64,000 bases of DNA from Sporopachydermia quercuum (GCA_001599295.1 BCGN01000004.1:1551676-1615675), one strand, 5' to 3'. Positions 49,037 through 61,411 are shown, counted from the first letter of the stretch. Notes: generated by a model not told the origin, from the sequence alone. Made by a program: numbers and translations.

Positions 49037-49046
49037 GTCACGTGAC
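49037..49046. promoter_or_regulatory. Palindromic E-box GTCACGTGAC (Cbf1/Tye7-type) upstream of IPK1
   Basis: Perfect GTCACGTGAC about 220 bp upstream of the IPK1 ATG; a related TCACGTGA lies at 20806-20813 upstream of NSP1. Confidence 0.5.
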
Positions 49047-49266
49047 TGTTGATAGTTTTTGCAAGGCTGTATGTCATTTAGATCAGTCAATTGAGTTTAC
49101 CATCTTGACGAAAGAATCACTTAGTGATAACATTGGCTCCAATTAATCACCAGATACTTTTTATATAACAAGAGACAATTTCCATATCTAATACCTTATA
49201 CTAGTANGCAAAATCACTTATCATTTAAATCATACCTACCTTCCTACAATCAACACAATACGCAGA

Positions 49267-50250
49267 ATGGGAGAATGGACTTTCTTCGCAGAAGGGAATG
49301 CGAATGTGCTATTTGCGTCTCCTGATAGGAGAAATCTACTGAGAGTAAGGAAAGTTACTGCCCCGGGATTATCATCAGAAATCCTAAATAACATAAAATT
49401 ATTNTTTGAGCCTGAACTGAGGCAATTCATTCCTCNAATGGAATTGTTCCCATTGTCACCTTCGTTGTTAAATGATCTGATGAAAGAACTTACAAATCAC
49501 GATACAAGAGACAATTNTCAACTGAAAAGAGACGATCCAAAGGCCATTCTAATTGAAAATATAATTCCTTTTCTATTCAAGAAAGTCCAGCTAAACCAGT
49601 TGGTCACCGTCTACGAGAATACTGATTCTAATGAGCTTGTTGTAGAGTTTAAGCCTAAGTGGCTAGTGCAATCTCCAGCAGCTCCTGAGGGATCAAAAGC
49701 CTGTAGAACTTGTGCATTTAATCTAGTGAGAAATCGGGAAAAGGTAATATGTCCTTTGGATTTGGTATCAGATGATGAAGAAGTAGTGTTCAGAGCTGTG
49801 AAATGTTTGCTAAGAACCAAGAACAACAAATTGTATGAATTCAATAGAGTGCCTNTGGTGGAACTGATTGGAGAATACTTCAACACAAGCAGTATACTGC
49901 ATTTGATAAAACACATACAACTACAAGATAGAGCAGATATATTGAAGAATGATAATACAAACTTATCAGAAAATGAAAAATTAGTGTTTCTAAAGGCTAT
50001 GACTATGCGAGATATTACTATATTCTTAAGAATTAAACCAGAACAAAATATAGGTGATGTTAAGAATGAACCATCAAATCCAGTACATCTTAATTATATT
50101 AACGGCAAAGGATGGAGAATTGAAGCCAAGATATCTGACTTGGATTTGAAAGATGGCTCAGGTAAATGGCAGAAATGGAGAGAGATCGAGCAGAATTTAC
50201 TAGACTCCGATGCTTACTTAATTGTCAATAAATACAGATGCAATGTTTAA
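49267..50250 (+). CDS. IPK1: Inositol-pentakisphosphate 2-kinase
   Basis: Motifs FFAEGNANVLF, VEFKPKWL, CRTCA, CPLDL, AMTMRDITIFL, DLDLK. Confidence 0.88.
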   Translation: MGEWTFFAEGNANVLFASPDRRNLLRVRKVTAPGLSSEILNNIKLXFEPELRQFIPXMELFPLSPSLLNDLMKELTNHDTRDNXQLKRDDPKAILIENIIPFLFKKVQLNQLVTVYENTDSNELVVEFKPKWLVQSPAAPEGSKACRTCAFNLVRNREKVICPLDLVSDDEEVVFRAVKCLLRTKNNKLYEFNRVPXVELIGEYFNTSSILHLIKHIQLQDRADILKNDNTNLSENEKLVFLKAMTMRDITIFLRIKPEQNIGDVKNEPSNPVHLNYINGKGWRIEAKISDLDLKDGSGKWQKWREIEQNLLDSDAYLIVNKYRCNV

Positions 50251-50281
50251 TGATGACATGTTTGAATACGGGCTTCATCTT

Positions 50282-51190
50282 CTATAATACAGAGATTAGT
50301 GACTTCATGCAAATTTCCCCCAGAGAGTTAAGAATGTCGAGTTCATAGCCTTTATTTTGCTTGCGACATGCTAAATACATAGATTCATCAACATATAATA
50401 CTCCTGTGTTCCTATACTTGAATGAATAGATTTGCTTATTGGGGAAAATATTCCTAAACCAGTCAAGCACAATTGTCACAGTCAGTGGCCCTTGTACTAT
50501 TAGATCTTTGTGGTGTTCAGTAGTTTTCGTGTATTCTTTATCGTAATGGATTTTATGGGCATTATATGTCAGGGCAGAATATCGAAATAGCATAGTACTG
50601 GTTAACTGATATTTGAAAACATTAGAATACTCTGATAATCTATCATTCATATTCACAGGTTGCTTATCTGATCCAAAAATAGAATCTGACATTTTATTAC
50701 TGTACATTAGATTTCTTATTTCTTTCAAAACTGGAGATCCATTCTCATCTTTTACTTCCCTTTCAATAGTAACAAATGCCTGACCTCTTATTATGCGACT
50801 CCGTTTGATCTGCTCAATACATTTGAAATCCTTATTGAATACGAGATTTTCGCTATTATTGAAGTAAATTTCTCCTCCTGTCCACATACGCTGCTGAAAA
50901 TACATTCCGTTCACATTTGGCGCTTGATAGTTATCATAGCCATCCCTTCCCAAGCTACTATCACTAAACACAGGATTGAAGTATATCAAATGATAACCTT
51001 CTGGAAGTTTTCCTAACGGTTTGAACGTTGTGTGTGGCCCATTTTTTGGCACGATATCTAGTAATAAAAGTTTTAACTTTTCTCCGTGAGATCTTGACAT
51101 ATCATCAGGCAATTCCCAAGTTTGACCTATGCTGCGTGTGGAGTAGCATCGAGCCAATAGATTGAACTTTCTTGCACTAAGCTCCTTCAT
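50282..51190 (-). CDS. HTD2: Mitochondrial 3-hydroxyacyl-thioester dehydratase (hotdog fold)
   Basis: Motifs GYHLIYFNP, LGRDGYD, RMWTGG, LFRYSALTYNAHKIHYD, VQGPL; presequence-like start at the ATG at 51190. Confidence 0.87.
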   Translation of the reverse strand: MKELSARKFNLLARCYSTRSIGQTWELPDDMSRSHGEKLKLLLLDIVPKNGPHTTFKPLGKLPEGYHLIYFNPVFSDSSLGRDGYDNYQAPNVNGMYFQQRMWTGGEIYFNNSENLVFNKDFKCIEQIKRSRIIRGQAFVTIEREVKDENGSPVLKEIRNLMYSNKMSDSIFGSDKQPVNMNDRLSEYSNVFKYQLTSTMLFRYSALTYNAHKIHYDKEYTKTTEHHKDLIVQGPLTVTIVLDWFRNIFPNKQIYSFKYRNTGVLYVDESMYLACRKQNKGYELDILNSLGEICMKSLISVL

Positions 51191-51723
51191 TTTCCCGAGT
51201 TTTTCACCAAAGCTTGTCAATTACAATACTAAACAGTCATATTATCCATTTGACTCTACAGAAATTTCATATAATATAGACATCATACAAAATACAGCAT
51301 AAAAAAGGATATGGTTCCCATAATTATGCAACTGAGCCAACTCTTCTCATTATCACCAATTCNTCATTTTCCTCATCCCAAGCAAGTGTTAGTACAAATA
51401 GGGTTTACACATATATCCTAAAACGGCAACATGAGAATCTATGCCTGGGATATATGATCGCCTCACAGGGACCTGTAAAGGGACGAAGGGTTATAGCCAC
51501 AAAAAAAATTTATTTGGTGTGTGTGCAAGGAAGTTCAAGCAATTATTACTATATCCTCTATGATTCATGTAGCATCACATATATTCAATAATAGCAGCTG
51601 TTACTTATTCTTACTGGATGAATAATTGATTGCTATTGGTTNCATTAAATGGAATAGTCGTTTTTTTCTTTGTTTTCAGGAGTAATATTCTTTTTTCCTT
51701 TGCGATTAACTCATATCACCAGC

Positions 51724-52608
51724 ATGTTGTCAGAGGAACTCCAGAAACTAAAGTTTATCAAGAATAAACAAAAGAGACAAGAGCTGTTTGCCAAAATAAA
51801 AGACAAACAGAACAAATCAAGACATAAGGAAAGAAGAGCTCGAGCAAAAGAAGAAAGAGAAAATCCGTTGTTGAAGGAAGAAAGATTAGCCCAGAATGTA
51901 ACCCAGACCATAGAATCTAAAAGAGTTTACGATGAAACGGTAGGTGCAGAAGTTGAAGGTGACGATGAATTTTCTAGTTATTTTGACGGAAAATCACCAA
52001 AGATCCTTATCACAACAAATGCGAATGCGAAACGAGTTGCCTACGAGTTTGCAGACTTTCTAATGGAGATTTTACCAAATTCGCAGTTCGTCAAACGTAA
52101 AAGAGAGTTCAACATGAAGACAATGGCCACTTACTGTTCGAACAGAGATTTCACTGATTTGATAGTAATCAATGAGGATAAGAAGAAAGTCACAGGTTTA
52201 ACTTTTTTACATTTACCTGAAGGTCCCTCATTTTACTTTTCGGTCAGCTCATTTGTGGAACCCAAACAAATTGCTGGTCACGGACGAGCAACTAGTCATA
52301 TCCCTGAATTAATCCTCAACAATTTCTCTACAAGACTCGGTAAAACAGTTGGCCGTTTATTTCAATCTCTATTTCCTCAGAACCCGGATTTTATTGGTCG
52401 ACAGGTTGTCACATTGCATAATCAGCGTGATTATATCTTTTTCAGACGGCATAGATATATCTTTAGGAACGAGGAAAAAGTTGGTTTACAGGAACTAGGA
52501 CCTGAATTCACATTAAGACTACGAAGAGTTCGTCGTGGAATTCAAGATGAAGTTGAATGGGAGCATAGGTCTGAAATGGATAAAGAGAAAAGGAAGTTTT
52601 ATCTATAA
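51724..52608 (+). CDS. RPF1: Brix-domain 60S biogenesis factor Rpf1
   Basis: Motifs RAKEERENP, NVTQTIESKRVYDET, HLPEGPSFYF, PELILNNFSTRLG, VTLHNQRDYIFFRRHRY, LQELGP. First ATG at 51724. Confidence 0.94.
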   Translation: MLSEELQKLKFIKNKQKRQELFAKIKDKQNKSRHKERRARAKEERENPLLKEERLAQNVTQTIESKRVYDETVGAEVEGDDEFSSYFDGKSPKILITTNANAKRVAYEFADFLMEILPNSQFVKRKREFNMKTMATYCSNRDFTDLIVINEDKKKVTGLTFLHLPEGPSFYFSVSSFVEPKQIAGHGRATSHIPELILNNFSTRLGKTVGRLFQSLFPQNPDFIGRQVVTLHNQRDYIFFRRHRYIFRNEEKVGLQELGPEFTLRLRRVRRGIQDEVEWEHRSEMDKEKRKFYL

Positions 52609-53576
52609 TCTTCATTTCTCATTTCCTATTTCTCATTTCCTTGTTGTCATATTGCAGTCCTCACTCTCTATCCGAATGTACTTGTATATCCATCTGTCTT
52701 GCATAGAAAAGTTCCCCCCCCCCTAAACTCATACTAATTTTTCTCTTGAAGCTCTGTAGTATCCTAATGTATATACCACCATTTTGTTATCCTTTCTTAT
52801 CCTACCAATCAAATACTAATCGATAGTACTGCATCAATCACACATTCATTGTCTTCATTATCTGTTTCTCATATCACCTGGCAATAGTTCATATTTAGAT
52901 TACCTCATCATTTAATCTCATACGGTATCCAAATTAGGAGTAAACTTTCCACACTAGAGACATTCCAAATTGAGACAATTTACATAAAAACAAACACAAA
53001 GTGAGACGTCAAGTCCATCAAGAGTTTTCACAATTCATACCGTTTTTCCCATTGACAAGAGGTTGTATATATCAATAGAGGGAATGAAAAGCAATGAATG
53101 TAAAGTAATATGGTCACTCAAACTTTGAAAAGTAAGGAAGGAGAATCTAGCAGCTGGTGAATTGATTTATCGGACAGCTTTTTCTTCACGTTGAGCTTTC
53201 TGCTTTTTAAGCTTGTCATTTGTATCATAATAACGATCACCGCTGACTGGATATTGCATTTGGCTTCACAGCAAGTGCAATTTATTCGGTATTGTTACGA
53301 AAAGGATCTAGGTTGTGTTAATCCTAAGCAGAATCCTAATATTGCTTGTTGATATTGATTATAATTTTTCTGATCGGATTTTTTGACAGTTCAACAGGTT
53401 CATAGATCTTCATAATACAGAGCAATCAGGAGTAGATCTTATCAGGGTCACGTTCGAGATTCTAGAACTACGGACGCATTGCAATCAACATAACAACAAC
53501 TATTAATATCTAAGTTGTCTTCTATTTCAGCGTAAAGATTGATTTCGGTTTTTTTGGTGATTTAAACAACTTGTAG

Positions 53577-56500
53577 ATGGATTCGTCGGGAGTCCAACAG
53601 ATTGTCTCCGCATTGGAGACTATTCATAGTCCGTCTACTTCGAATGCTGATAGACAGAAAGCGCAAGAGGTATGTTCGCCATTACTTACATTTGATCTTT
53701 CATCCCACTATAATAAAGCATATTTAGAACTGCTTTATTTTAATGAATAGTATTTTTTTGCNTTTGTTTTTGTTCTATGATTCATATTCCATAGATCTGG
53801 TACTAACATGTTTTATTTATTCTAGTTTCTGGAAACTGTCAAAGCTCAAGAAGATGCACCACTGTGGGGTTGGCAACTGGCGTTACCTGAGCAAGGAAAT
53901 GATCCAGTGGTACGACATTTTGGCCTTACATTAATCCAGCATTCGATACAGTATAACTTCATTTTGTATCCCGAAATAAAACGTCGTGCGGTCCGTGATT
54001 GGGTAGTCGAATTAGCAACTAAAGTCACTGATGGTGATAAACATTTCATAAAAGAGAAAATTGCTTTCCTCTGGGTCGCCTTGGCCAAAAGAGTTTGGGG
54101 AGCTTTCCCCGTAGGTTCTGAAAACGAGTTGGAAGCTGAAGGATTTAAAAATGTGTCTTCCAGTGGTAGAGATGCCAGTGTAGGTGAATCTGCCGAACCA
54201 GATGATACCTCCCAACCAGACACTATTCAACCTGATGGATGGGTAACAATGGATCAAACATTATATGAAATGTGGAATGCTAATAACAGCACCAAAGAGC
54301 TCGTGCTTATTATATTTCGTACTTTGTTCGAGGATCTTTTCATGATAGAAGATCCTGTATCTGCTAAACGAGGAACCATTCTTGGTGCCATTTGCATAGA
54401 AGTAGTTACTTCAGAACATGTTCTAACAGAAACATACTCTTCAAGGGTTCCTTCGCTACGGAAATGTCGTTATGGTTCTGAAGGTTGGATTCGTAGATGG
54501 TCTGATTTATTAGGTGAATGTTTAGCTGTTGGACCTGCTGCTGACGCTCTGTCACAACGGTTCAGTATCAAGGTGCTCCAGACATTGAAAACGTGTCTCC
54601 ACTGGGTTCTACCATTGGAATTGCGTTCCGCTTCGCTATTAGAAAGGTTATCATCTTGCATTGTTATCGATTGTATACCCATTCGAACATTGGCAACCGA
54701 CTGTCTACACGCTCTATTCACCAGAAATTATGCCTCCGATGAAGATTTCCAACAAATCGTTGGAGTAGTGTTTATGTCTCAAGGAATACAGACCTTGGCT
54801 ACGGTATACAACTCCATCACAATAGATCCGGATGATATAGATGAACAAGGTTATGCTTTGTTGAAAAAACTAGTGGAAATGATTGTTGGATTAGGTGAAT
54901 TCCTTAACGTGAGTAAGAAAACTTTACCTAAAGACGCTGACATTGCAAGCTTCTTAGAGCTTGTTTTGTCTTCAACTCAGCATCCAAGTCTTATTATCTC
55001 TGGATTGTCTCTACAGTTTTGGTGTTCAGTGCTTCGAATTGAATTAGTTTTAGGCAATGAAGAAGTAATGGCTGTTGTTCCGAGACTGCTAGAAATAGCC
55101 GCTGATAGATTACTAGCTTATGATGATGTTCCAGAGGATCACGTGGCTCGAAAATTTCTTGAAATCGATTTTGATTCGGCCCCAGATATCTCAGTGTTTG
55201 TAGAAAATTACCGGAAGTTTATGGATGATATAGTTAGATTAGCTGTGTGTCGTAAACCAGAAACAGGTTTACAATGGATAGCTGCAAGATTGAGTATGTT
55301 TTTTCAATCATCTGCTGGTCAAGAGGCTCTTTCTAATGGTAGATTGCCTCATAACCATGGAATGGTATTCATATATGCCCAATCCCAGTTTGCTCTAGTT
55401 GAAGCTGGTCTCAGAGGTCTTACCAGGTGGAAAATATGGTATCAAGGCAGCGATAAACAAGAACTGAGAATGAACTTGGAAACCATTGTAGAACAGATAT
55501 GTAATGAAGTTCTAACATTGAAAATTCCTGATCCTTTACTACTGGGGAAGCATATTCAAACATTGGTGCAATTTGCTCCTTTATTAAAAGCTTCACAACA
55601 GCAATTGATGTTCAGAGTATTAGAAAAAGTGCTAGAAACATGCACATTTGATGCAGGAGATACTACTTTATCTGATGACGATCGTGAGCTTGTTAGAGAC
55701 CTACGCACTCTATGTGGAACAGAATTAAATAGGTTGGCTTATATGATGCCAGAAGCTCTCAGAAATATATACGAAGATCTAGAAAGAGTCATTGCTCAAA
55801 TTCTATCCGGTGACAGAGTAACTGAGCATGAAGCAGTAGCATTCAAATCATTTTTATTAGTTGTTTCTCAGAGATCTGCTATGCCTAATAAAGCAGAGAA
55901 ATTCATTGCAATTGTTGATCCAGAATTAGCTGCTTGGACAGAGAAAAGTACCATGCAAGGCTTGATGGATCTCCCTTGGTTTATGGAAAGAGTAGGCATT
56001 GTTAGAATTGCTGAGTATTTCCGCTCCCGTGGTATTTCTGCTTCGACTGACCTTCTACAGGCCAAAATGGATGCTAGAGGCAGAGAATTGAAATCAGAAT
56101 TAAAGTCTAAATGGTCAGCTCTGTTTCCCATACGTGCCACTAGAATATATATTCAGTATACCATTGAAAAACTTCCACATGACTCCTCTGAATATAAGGA
56201 TTTGCTTGCATTATGGAAACCAAGAGTACAACCTATTTTGCCCCATATCCTTCAGTTAATACGTCAAACACAAGCATATTTCAATCCTGACAACTGGATA
56301 GAATTGCCTTCTGAAGTGCAGTCTTTTGTTAAATATTCAACTATGGAAAGGCTATGGCAAGTAGGTGTTTCCATCAAGAGCAAAGATACATTTGTCGAGG
56401 AGAACGTAAAAGCAATGCATACGTTACGAGATTTTGCAGACTCGGTTGGTCATATCGTCAGCTATACAAGGGAGTACGCATTTCTGACATTGGGATCTAT

Positions 56501-57578
56501 TTCTCAGTTAGAAGAAACTATGTACGAAATACCAGGAATGGCAGAAAACCTATGGTTAGCATTAGCTGGAGATGCTAAAGGTATTACCAGTCATGTTTGG
56601 AGGCATATGATAAACTTGGTAGTGAGAAACGTTGTAAAGAATTGTCCTCATAGATACATCAAGCCGTTCATGACCCAATTCCTCCCATTAGTATTACGTC
56701 AGTTGGATACTTTGCTGAGAGGAAAATGGGAGACAGTATATATTCATGGAGTCCTACTAGTAGGGGATGAGGATGAAGACACACTATCAGCAGAAATGAT
56801 GGAGGAGTATCTGTTGAGACAATTAACAGCTATTGTTGATCGTATGCTCATTGATTTGGTAGGTCCAGTATCAGGACATCACCACCATGGTACAAGTTCC
56901 AGTTCTAATGGGTCGTCAGGAAAGTCAGGTTCCAACTTATCCCCAGAAGCTATAGAGCTCAGAAAGACTGTTTTAACTACTAAGGAGGTTCTGGCACCAT
57001 TCTTACAACTGTGCGTAAATATTGTTGGGTATAGAGATACTCGTTGCAGTTTTAATGCATGTTTGGTGTTAAGAAACGTTCTACCGGAGATAATGCTTGT
57101 CGATCAAGAGGTTGATGCCTTTCTATGTGAAAACTTGATCAAAACTTGTGTGGGTGTTCTTTCCGATTCATATTTCAATGATGTTCATGGAGAAGCAGGA
57201 TATGTGCTTACTATGCTATATACAGTTTTACGTACGAAGTACGATGAGCCAGCAAGCATTCTTGCTGAGCTACTAACAGCTAAAGGTAACATTACCGTCA
57301 AACAAGTTGGTGATTTTGATGAGAAGATTAAGACAATAGGATCTTTACGCCAGCAAAGAGGCCTACTATTAGAATTGATGATGATGGCTAATAAAACAAT
57401 GGAAAACTCAGAAGCCAATGATATGAGAAGTAGAGAAGCTCTACAGAAACAAGCCGATCGTAAAGCTCAGAAAGAAAAAATTCAGTTGATGAAAGAAAAA
57501 CAACAACAGAAGAAAAATTATGATGTTATGGATGATCCTTTTGTCGAGAATGCCTTGTCAGGCATATTTGATCAATAG
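53577..57578 (+). CDS. MSN5: Karyopherin Msn5 (exportin-5)
   Basis: Exon 53577-53669 (MDSSGVQQIVSALETIHSPSTSNADRQKAQE), intron 53670-53825 (GTATGT...TACTAAC...TAG), exon 53826-57578 in frame (FLETVK...VVRHFGL). Motifs HPSLIISGLSLQFW, TLRDFADSVGHIV, EMMEEYLLRQLT. Confidence 0.93.
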
Positions 57579-57960
57579 ATTGGATAGAGTAAAGTAAGTG
57601 ATGATTTAATATTTCAGTAGGTCGCTGAACTCAATCAATAATGAAGCAAGAAAAGTAATTAAATGAGAAATCAGTGGGAAAGAAGAGGGAATAGCTGTTA
57701 TTGGTGTTAATATTGTATTTTTCTTTGGTTTAATGGTCAATCAAAATGTTTCATTCGCATAGAATAGTATTCTTTAATAAATGTGAGTGTTACTATGAAG
57801 AACTTAAAAATCATGTTTATCATGTATTAAGTATATATGTCACGCATTCTATATATATTATTAATACATTGANGTATAATATAAATAACATTATATGGTA
57901 TGCTATGCTGTTCTATGCTTATATCCTTCGACTCCCTAATCATTACTATTGTTACACACA

Positions 57961-59046
57961 TTATTGAGATTCTCTATACTTTTGCCATTTCTCCATCGTT
58001 TCTATAGCACTTTTCCAATTCTTACTCACATCTTGTAATTGAGCTTTCAGCTCAGTATTTTCCTTTTGAAGTTGTTCAATTGTTACTCCATTTTCAACTG
58101 ACCCATTCTTATGTTGAGCCCTATACGTAGACCGCAATGATTCAAATGCTTCATTGGTTTCATTCTTCAGCTCATTATAAGGCTTCAAATTCAATATTTG
58201 CACAGCTAAGTCCAAGTTTTCATTTGATAGCAATTCCTGTGAATCTATCAGCTCCTCTAGACTTATAGATTTATTTGGTTCAGACAACAGTTTGCGAATA
58301 GCGCTATTAACAGAATGTACTAATCCTGAAAGATTTTGATGTTCCTGTGCCAAATGCTTCAATAAAACATTCAAATCTGATAATATAATATCGGTTTCCT
58401 TATCTATAATATTTGGTCTTACTGTAGTTGGATCTAATAGCACTACTTCTTCTCCACTTATCAGTCTTCGACGATTAAGAGAGAAAAGCTTTTCCCTTAG
58501 CTGTGATAAAGTAAAATCTCTTCTTTTGATTTCCTTTATATATTGCGTTTTCATTCCTGATGACGNAGCTTTCAGTTTACTATTGGCTTCCTTCAGTTCA
58601 TTGTTGTTTATTTCTAAATTACGTATAGTGCTTAGAAAGGATATCTTTGCCAATGAATTCTCTTGCAGTTTCTTCTCCAGTAGCATTACTTTATTCTGAG
58701 CCTGACGTTTTTCTTCGTTAGATATTGCCACTTTATTTTGTTCATTGTTGATCTGAGTAATAAAATTTTCTTTCTGTCTTGAGTTTCTTTCTATTGTTTG
58801 AATTAGAAGATATATCAGATTGATCACGTTCTTATCGTTGGCCTTACACTTCTCTGATGCTGTAACTGTCAGTTTAGATTCCACATCATTTACTGTTCGT
58901 TCTTCTTCGACTTCAATTAAATCGTTTAGAGAAACTGAAGGAAAAAATATTTTATCTTTTTTCTTAAGATATCCTTTAGCTTGTAGAGTTGAGTTTAGAA
59001 TTGCTGACGCGTTGTCTAGAGATGATTTATCAATTGAGCTTTCCAT
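57961..59046 (-). CDS. Coiled-coil protein, probable ADIP/SSX2IP family (Msd1/Atg25-like)
   Basis: N-terminal LDNASAILNSTLQAKGYL..NDKNVINLIYLLI followed by a long heptad coiled coil and a WKSAIETMEKW end; family assignment from recalled pattern only. Confidence 0.55.
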   Translation of the reverse strand: MESSIDKSSLDNASAILNSTLQAKGYLKKKDKIFFPSVSLNDLIEVEEERTVNDVESKLTVTASEKCKANDKNVINLIYLLIQTIERNSRQKENFITQINNEQNKVAISNEEKRQAQNKVMLLEKKLQENSLAKISFLSTIRNLEINNNELKEANSKLKAXSSGMKTQYIKEIKRRDFTLSQLREKLFSLNRRRLISGEEVVLLDPTTVRPNIIDKETDIILSDLNVLLKHLAQEHQNLSGLVHSVNSAIRKLLSEPNKSISLEELIDSQELLSNENLDLAVQILNLKPYNELKNETNEAFESLRSTYRAQHKNGSVENGVTIEQLQKENTELKAQLQDVSKNWKSAIETMEKWQKYRESQ

Positions 59047-59751
59047 TTCTTGACAGAATTAGTGAATGGGCATTTGTCGAAGACCGAACGCTATATGATA
59101 AGAAATACACTCGAATAGAATAGATAGTTGATTTATATAGTCGCAATCCAAGTTTCTCAGTTTTGATCATTAAGCAGTGAAAATGAATTATGTTTTATGA
59201 TGTCTTATTTGGTTGATTGATGAGACAAGAGAGAAGATAGATAGCTATGATTGTAGGACGCGTCGCATAGAGATGCATGTATATGTATGAAGCTGCATGA
59301 TGAATGTAATGCAATGCATTGGAAGGGGATAAGACAAATGTGATTGGATAAAGGGAAAAAGATGTCGAGGTTATGGGAATAGTTAGAAATTATGATGAAC
59401 TTGAAGGATACTTTTATTATTTTAATAACAGATAATTTTTTCATTGTTTTAATGTTCTCATAAACACCTGTCTTAGATATTTTGCCTTTATTTATATCAA
59501 CGCGTGTGGAGTCTCTGTACAATTATGCATGTAGTGCATGAGTTTGAAGTAGGTGCAGTCTTCATATTCATTGAGAAGCTTCTTGATTGTCTATGATCTA
59601 CAATTGAACTGATTTCCACTCTATTTTATATCATTAGGTAAACGTAAGCGTAATATGCGGAAAAACGGAACTTCTTCGTTTAATGTGTCCGTCTCATTGA
59701 AACAACTGAATGCATCTTCAAATAGCATTTACCCTAGAACAAATCAATACG

Positions 59752-59778
59752 CATTCCTGCATGANTCATGCAGGAATG
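59752..59778. repeat. Perfect 27-bp palindrome (13-bp arms, 1-nt N centre) containing ATGANTCAT
   Basis: CATTCCTGCATGA-N-TCATGCAGGAATG read directly from the sequence. Confidence 0.9.
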
Positions 59779-60103
59779 TAAACTTAATTCTTGATGTTCA
59801 ACAAATCCCTTACAATCTACAAAGCAGATAGCTAAGACCTCCATATAAATGAGTTCAATAAAACATAACAAAAACAAACCTTTAGAGATTATAAATATAT
59901 AGCCAGTATTCTTAAATCTTCAATAGAAAAAAAGATATCATATACAATTCAAGAAAACTCCTAATAGGCCATTTCCATAATTTCTTCAAGTTCAAATCAC
60001 ACATGAAACTCTTTATAACATGTTCACACCAAAACAAACCTTTGAATATCTAAAGAAATGCTAAAATTTTAAGGAAAATATAATTGTAATGCTGTAAACA
60101 GGT

Positions 60104-61132
60104 TTAATGAGAATCGTGGATTTCTTCCAAAACAAACCATTCGTCTTCGGCAGGGGCAGCTTCTCCATCTTCGGCTTTAATTCCTTCAACTTCAACAGCA
60201 GAAGCAGTGTATGATTCTAATTCACTGGCACCTTCAGCTTCAATCTTAGGAGCAGCAGGCGCAATAGGAGAAGACCATGGTTTGACATTTCCTTCGGCAT
60301 CCTTAGGGGAGATAGGAGTAGGCTTGAATGACTTAAGCTCCTTGAGGTAAAGGTCTTGGATGAGATCTATGAATTCTTGTTAGCACATGAACAACACGAT
60401 TGAGCGTGCTGTCTCAAAGCTTCAGTTCCAATCGGTAATGGTTTTTCTTAATACATACTTGATCTCACAGCAGCGGCAGAGAAAGCTCTGACATTTCTGG
60501 CAGCAACGCGCTATATGTTGTTAGTATTCAATTGTAATCGTAAACAATGAGAAAACCTGAGGGTATTCTTTATTGATATAGGTCCTTGTATTACATTTCC
60601 TCTAATTCTCCTGGTTGATGATTAATAGGTAAACCATTAATCAAGGCACTGTCTAATATAATTCACTGTCTAACATAGTTCATTCAACACACCGACCGGC
60701 GCAACAAGGTCCACTTTCGTCAATTGAAGGTATCGTGTCCTCTGACACGTTAACAAACAATGAAATAGCAATTCAAACAATTTCCTTATGCCAGGCTTAA
60801 CTCTCAGTACATTTTGTTCTCGATATCATCGTTCCTATCTTCCGAATCTATAACCCCTGAATACCACACATCTCCAGTGACCACCAACCAGAACACTCCA
60901 ACAGCAATTGCCATCAATTGAACTTATTTCTAATTCAGACAAACATTCATCATTAAACCAACAATTATCTCCCACCAATTACTGTCGAATATCTATCGAA
61001 AATGTTGCTACCCCAAGAAACAAAACATATTATCATTCATTGAATCACCTAATCAACTATTGAACCTATCCCTAAATCAATCAATCAGCAATCATAACTT
61101 ACTGTAGAAACTTTGATAGATTGTGACAACAT
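60104..61132 (-). CDS. ATP14: Mitochondrial ATP synthase subunit h (absent from ORF track)
   Basis: Exons 61132-61103 (MLSQSIKVST), 60510-60459 (RVAARNVRAFSAAAVRS) and 60366-60104 (NLIQDLYLKELKSFKPTP..DAEGNVKPW..EDEWFVLEE). Introns 61102-60511 (GTAAGT..TACTAAC..TAG) and 60458-60367 (GTATGT..GCTAAC..TAG). Confidence 0.92.
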
Positions 61133-61397
61133 TGTAACTAATTATTTCAGAAAATTATCCAATGCTTTCTGTACTAATGCTGGTGGTTATTTTTCTTCAA
61201 TCGTATCATCAAACTTTCTTTCTTTCTAGTGCTCTTCTAGCTGATATCCCCATCTCGACTGCTAGCAAGTAAGAAAGGAGCTCTCCCTATTCTATTTCCA
61301 TTCAGTCAATCAACGTTCAGCTTCGGCCACAGTAATGAGATAGTTTGTTATTGGTGTTTGGGTGTTAAGTTTACTAGGAGGGGGTTTCGGGAGGTTT

Positions 61398-61411
61398 TAT
61401 CCGGGTAATTT
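61398..61411. promoter_or_regulatory. Reb1-type site in the ATP14/YHC1 divergent promoter
   Basis: TATCCGGGTAATTT, identical to 11815-11828. Confidence 0.55.

Noticed and set aside
51330..51723. 5' UTR introns for RPF1 (GATTAAC...CAG|CATG) or HTD2 (minus-strand TACTAAC at 51388-51394)
   Set aside because: No convincing matched donor, branch point and acceptor set for either gene.
59205..59522. 105-aa minus-strand ORF
   Set aside because: Non-ATG start, no recognisable motif; lies in promoter-like AT-rich DNA.
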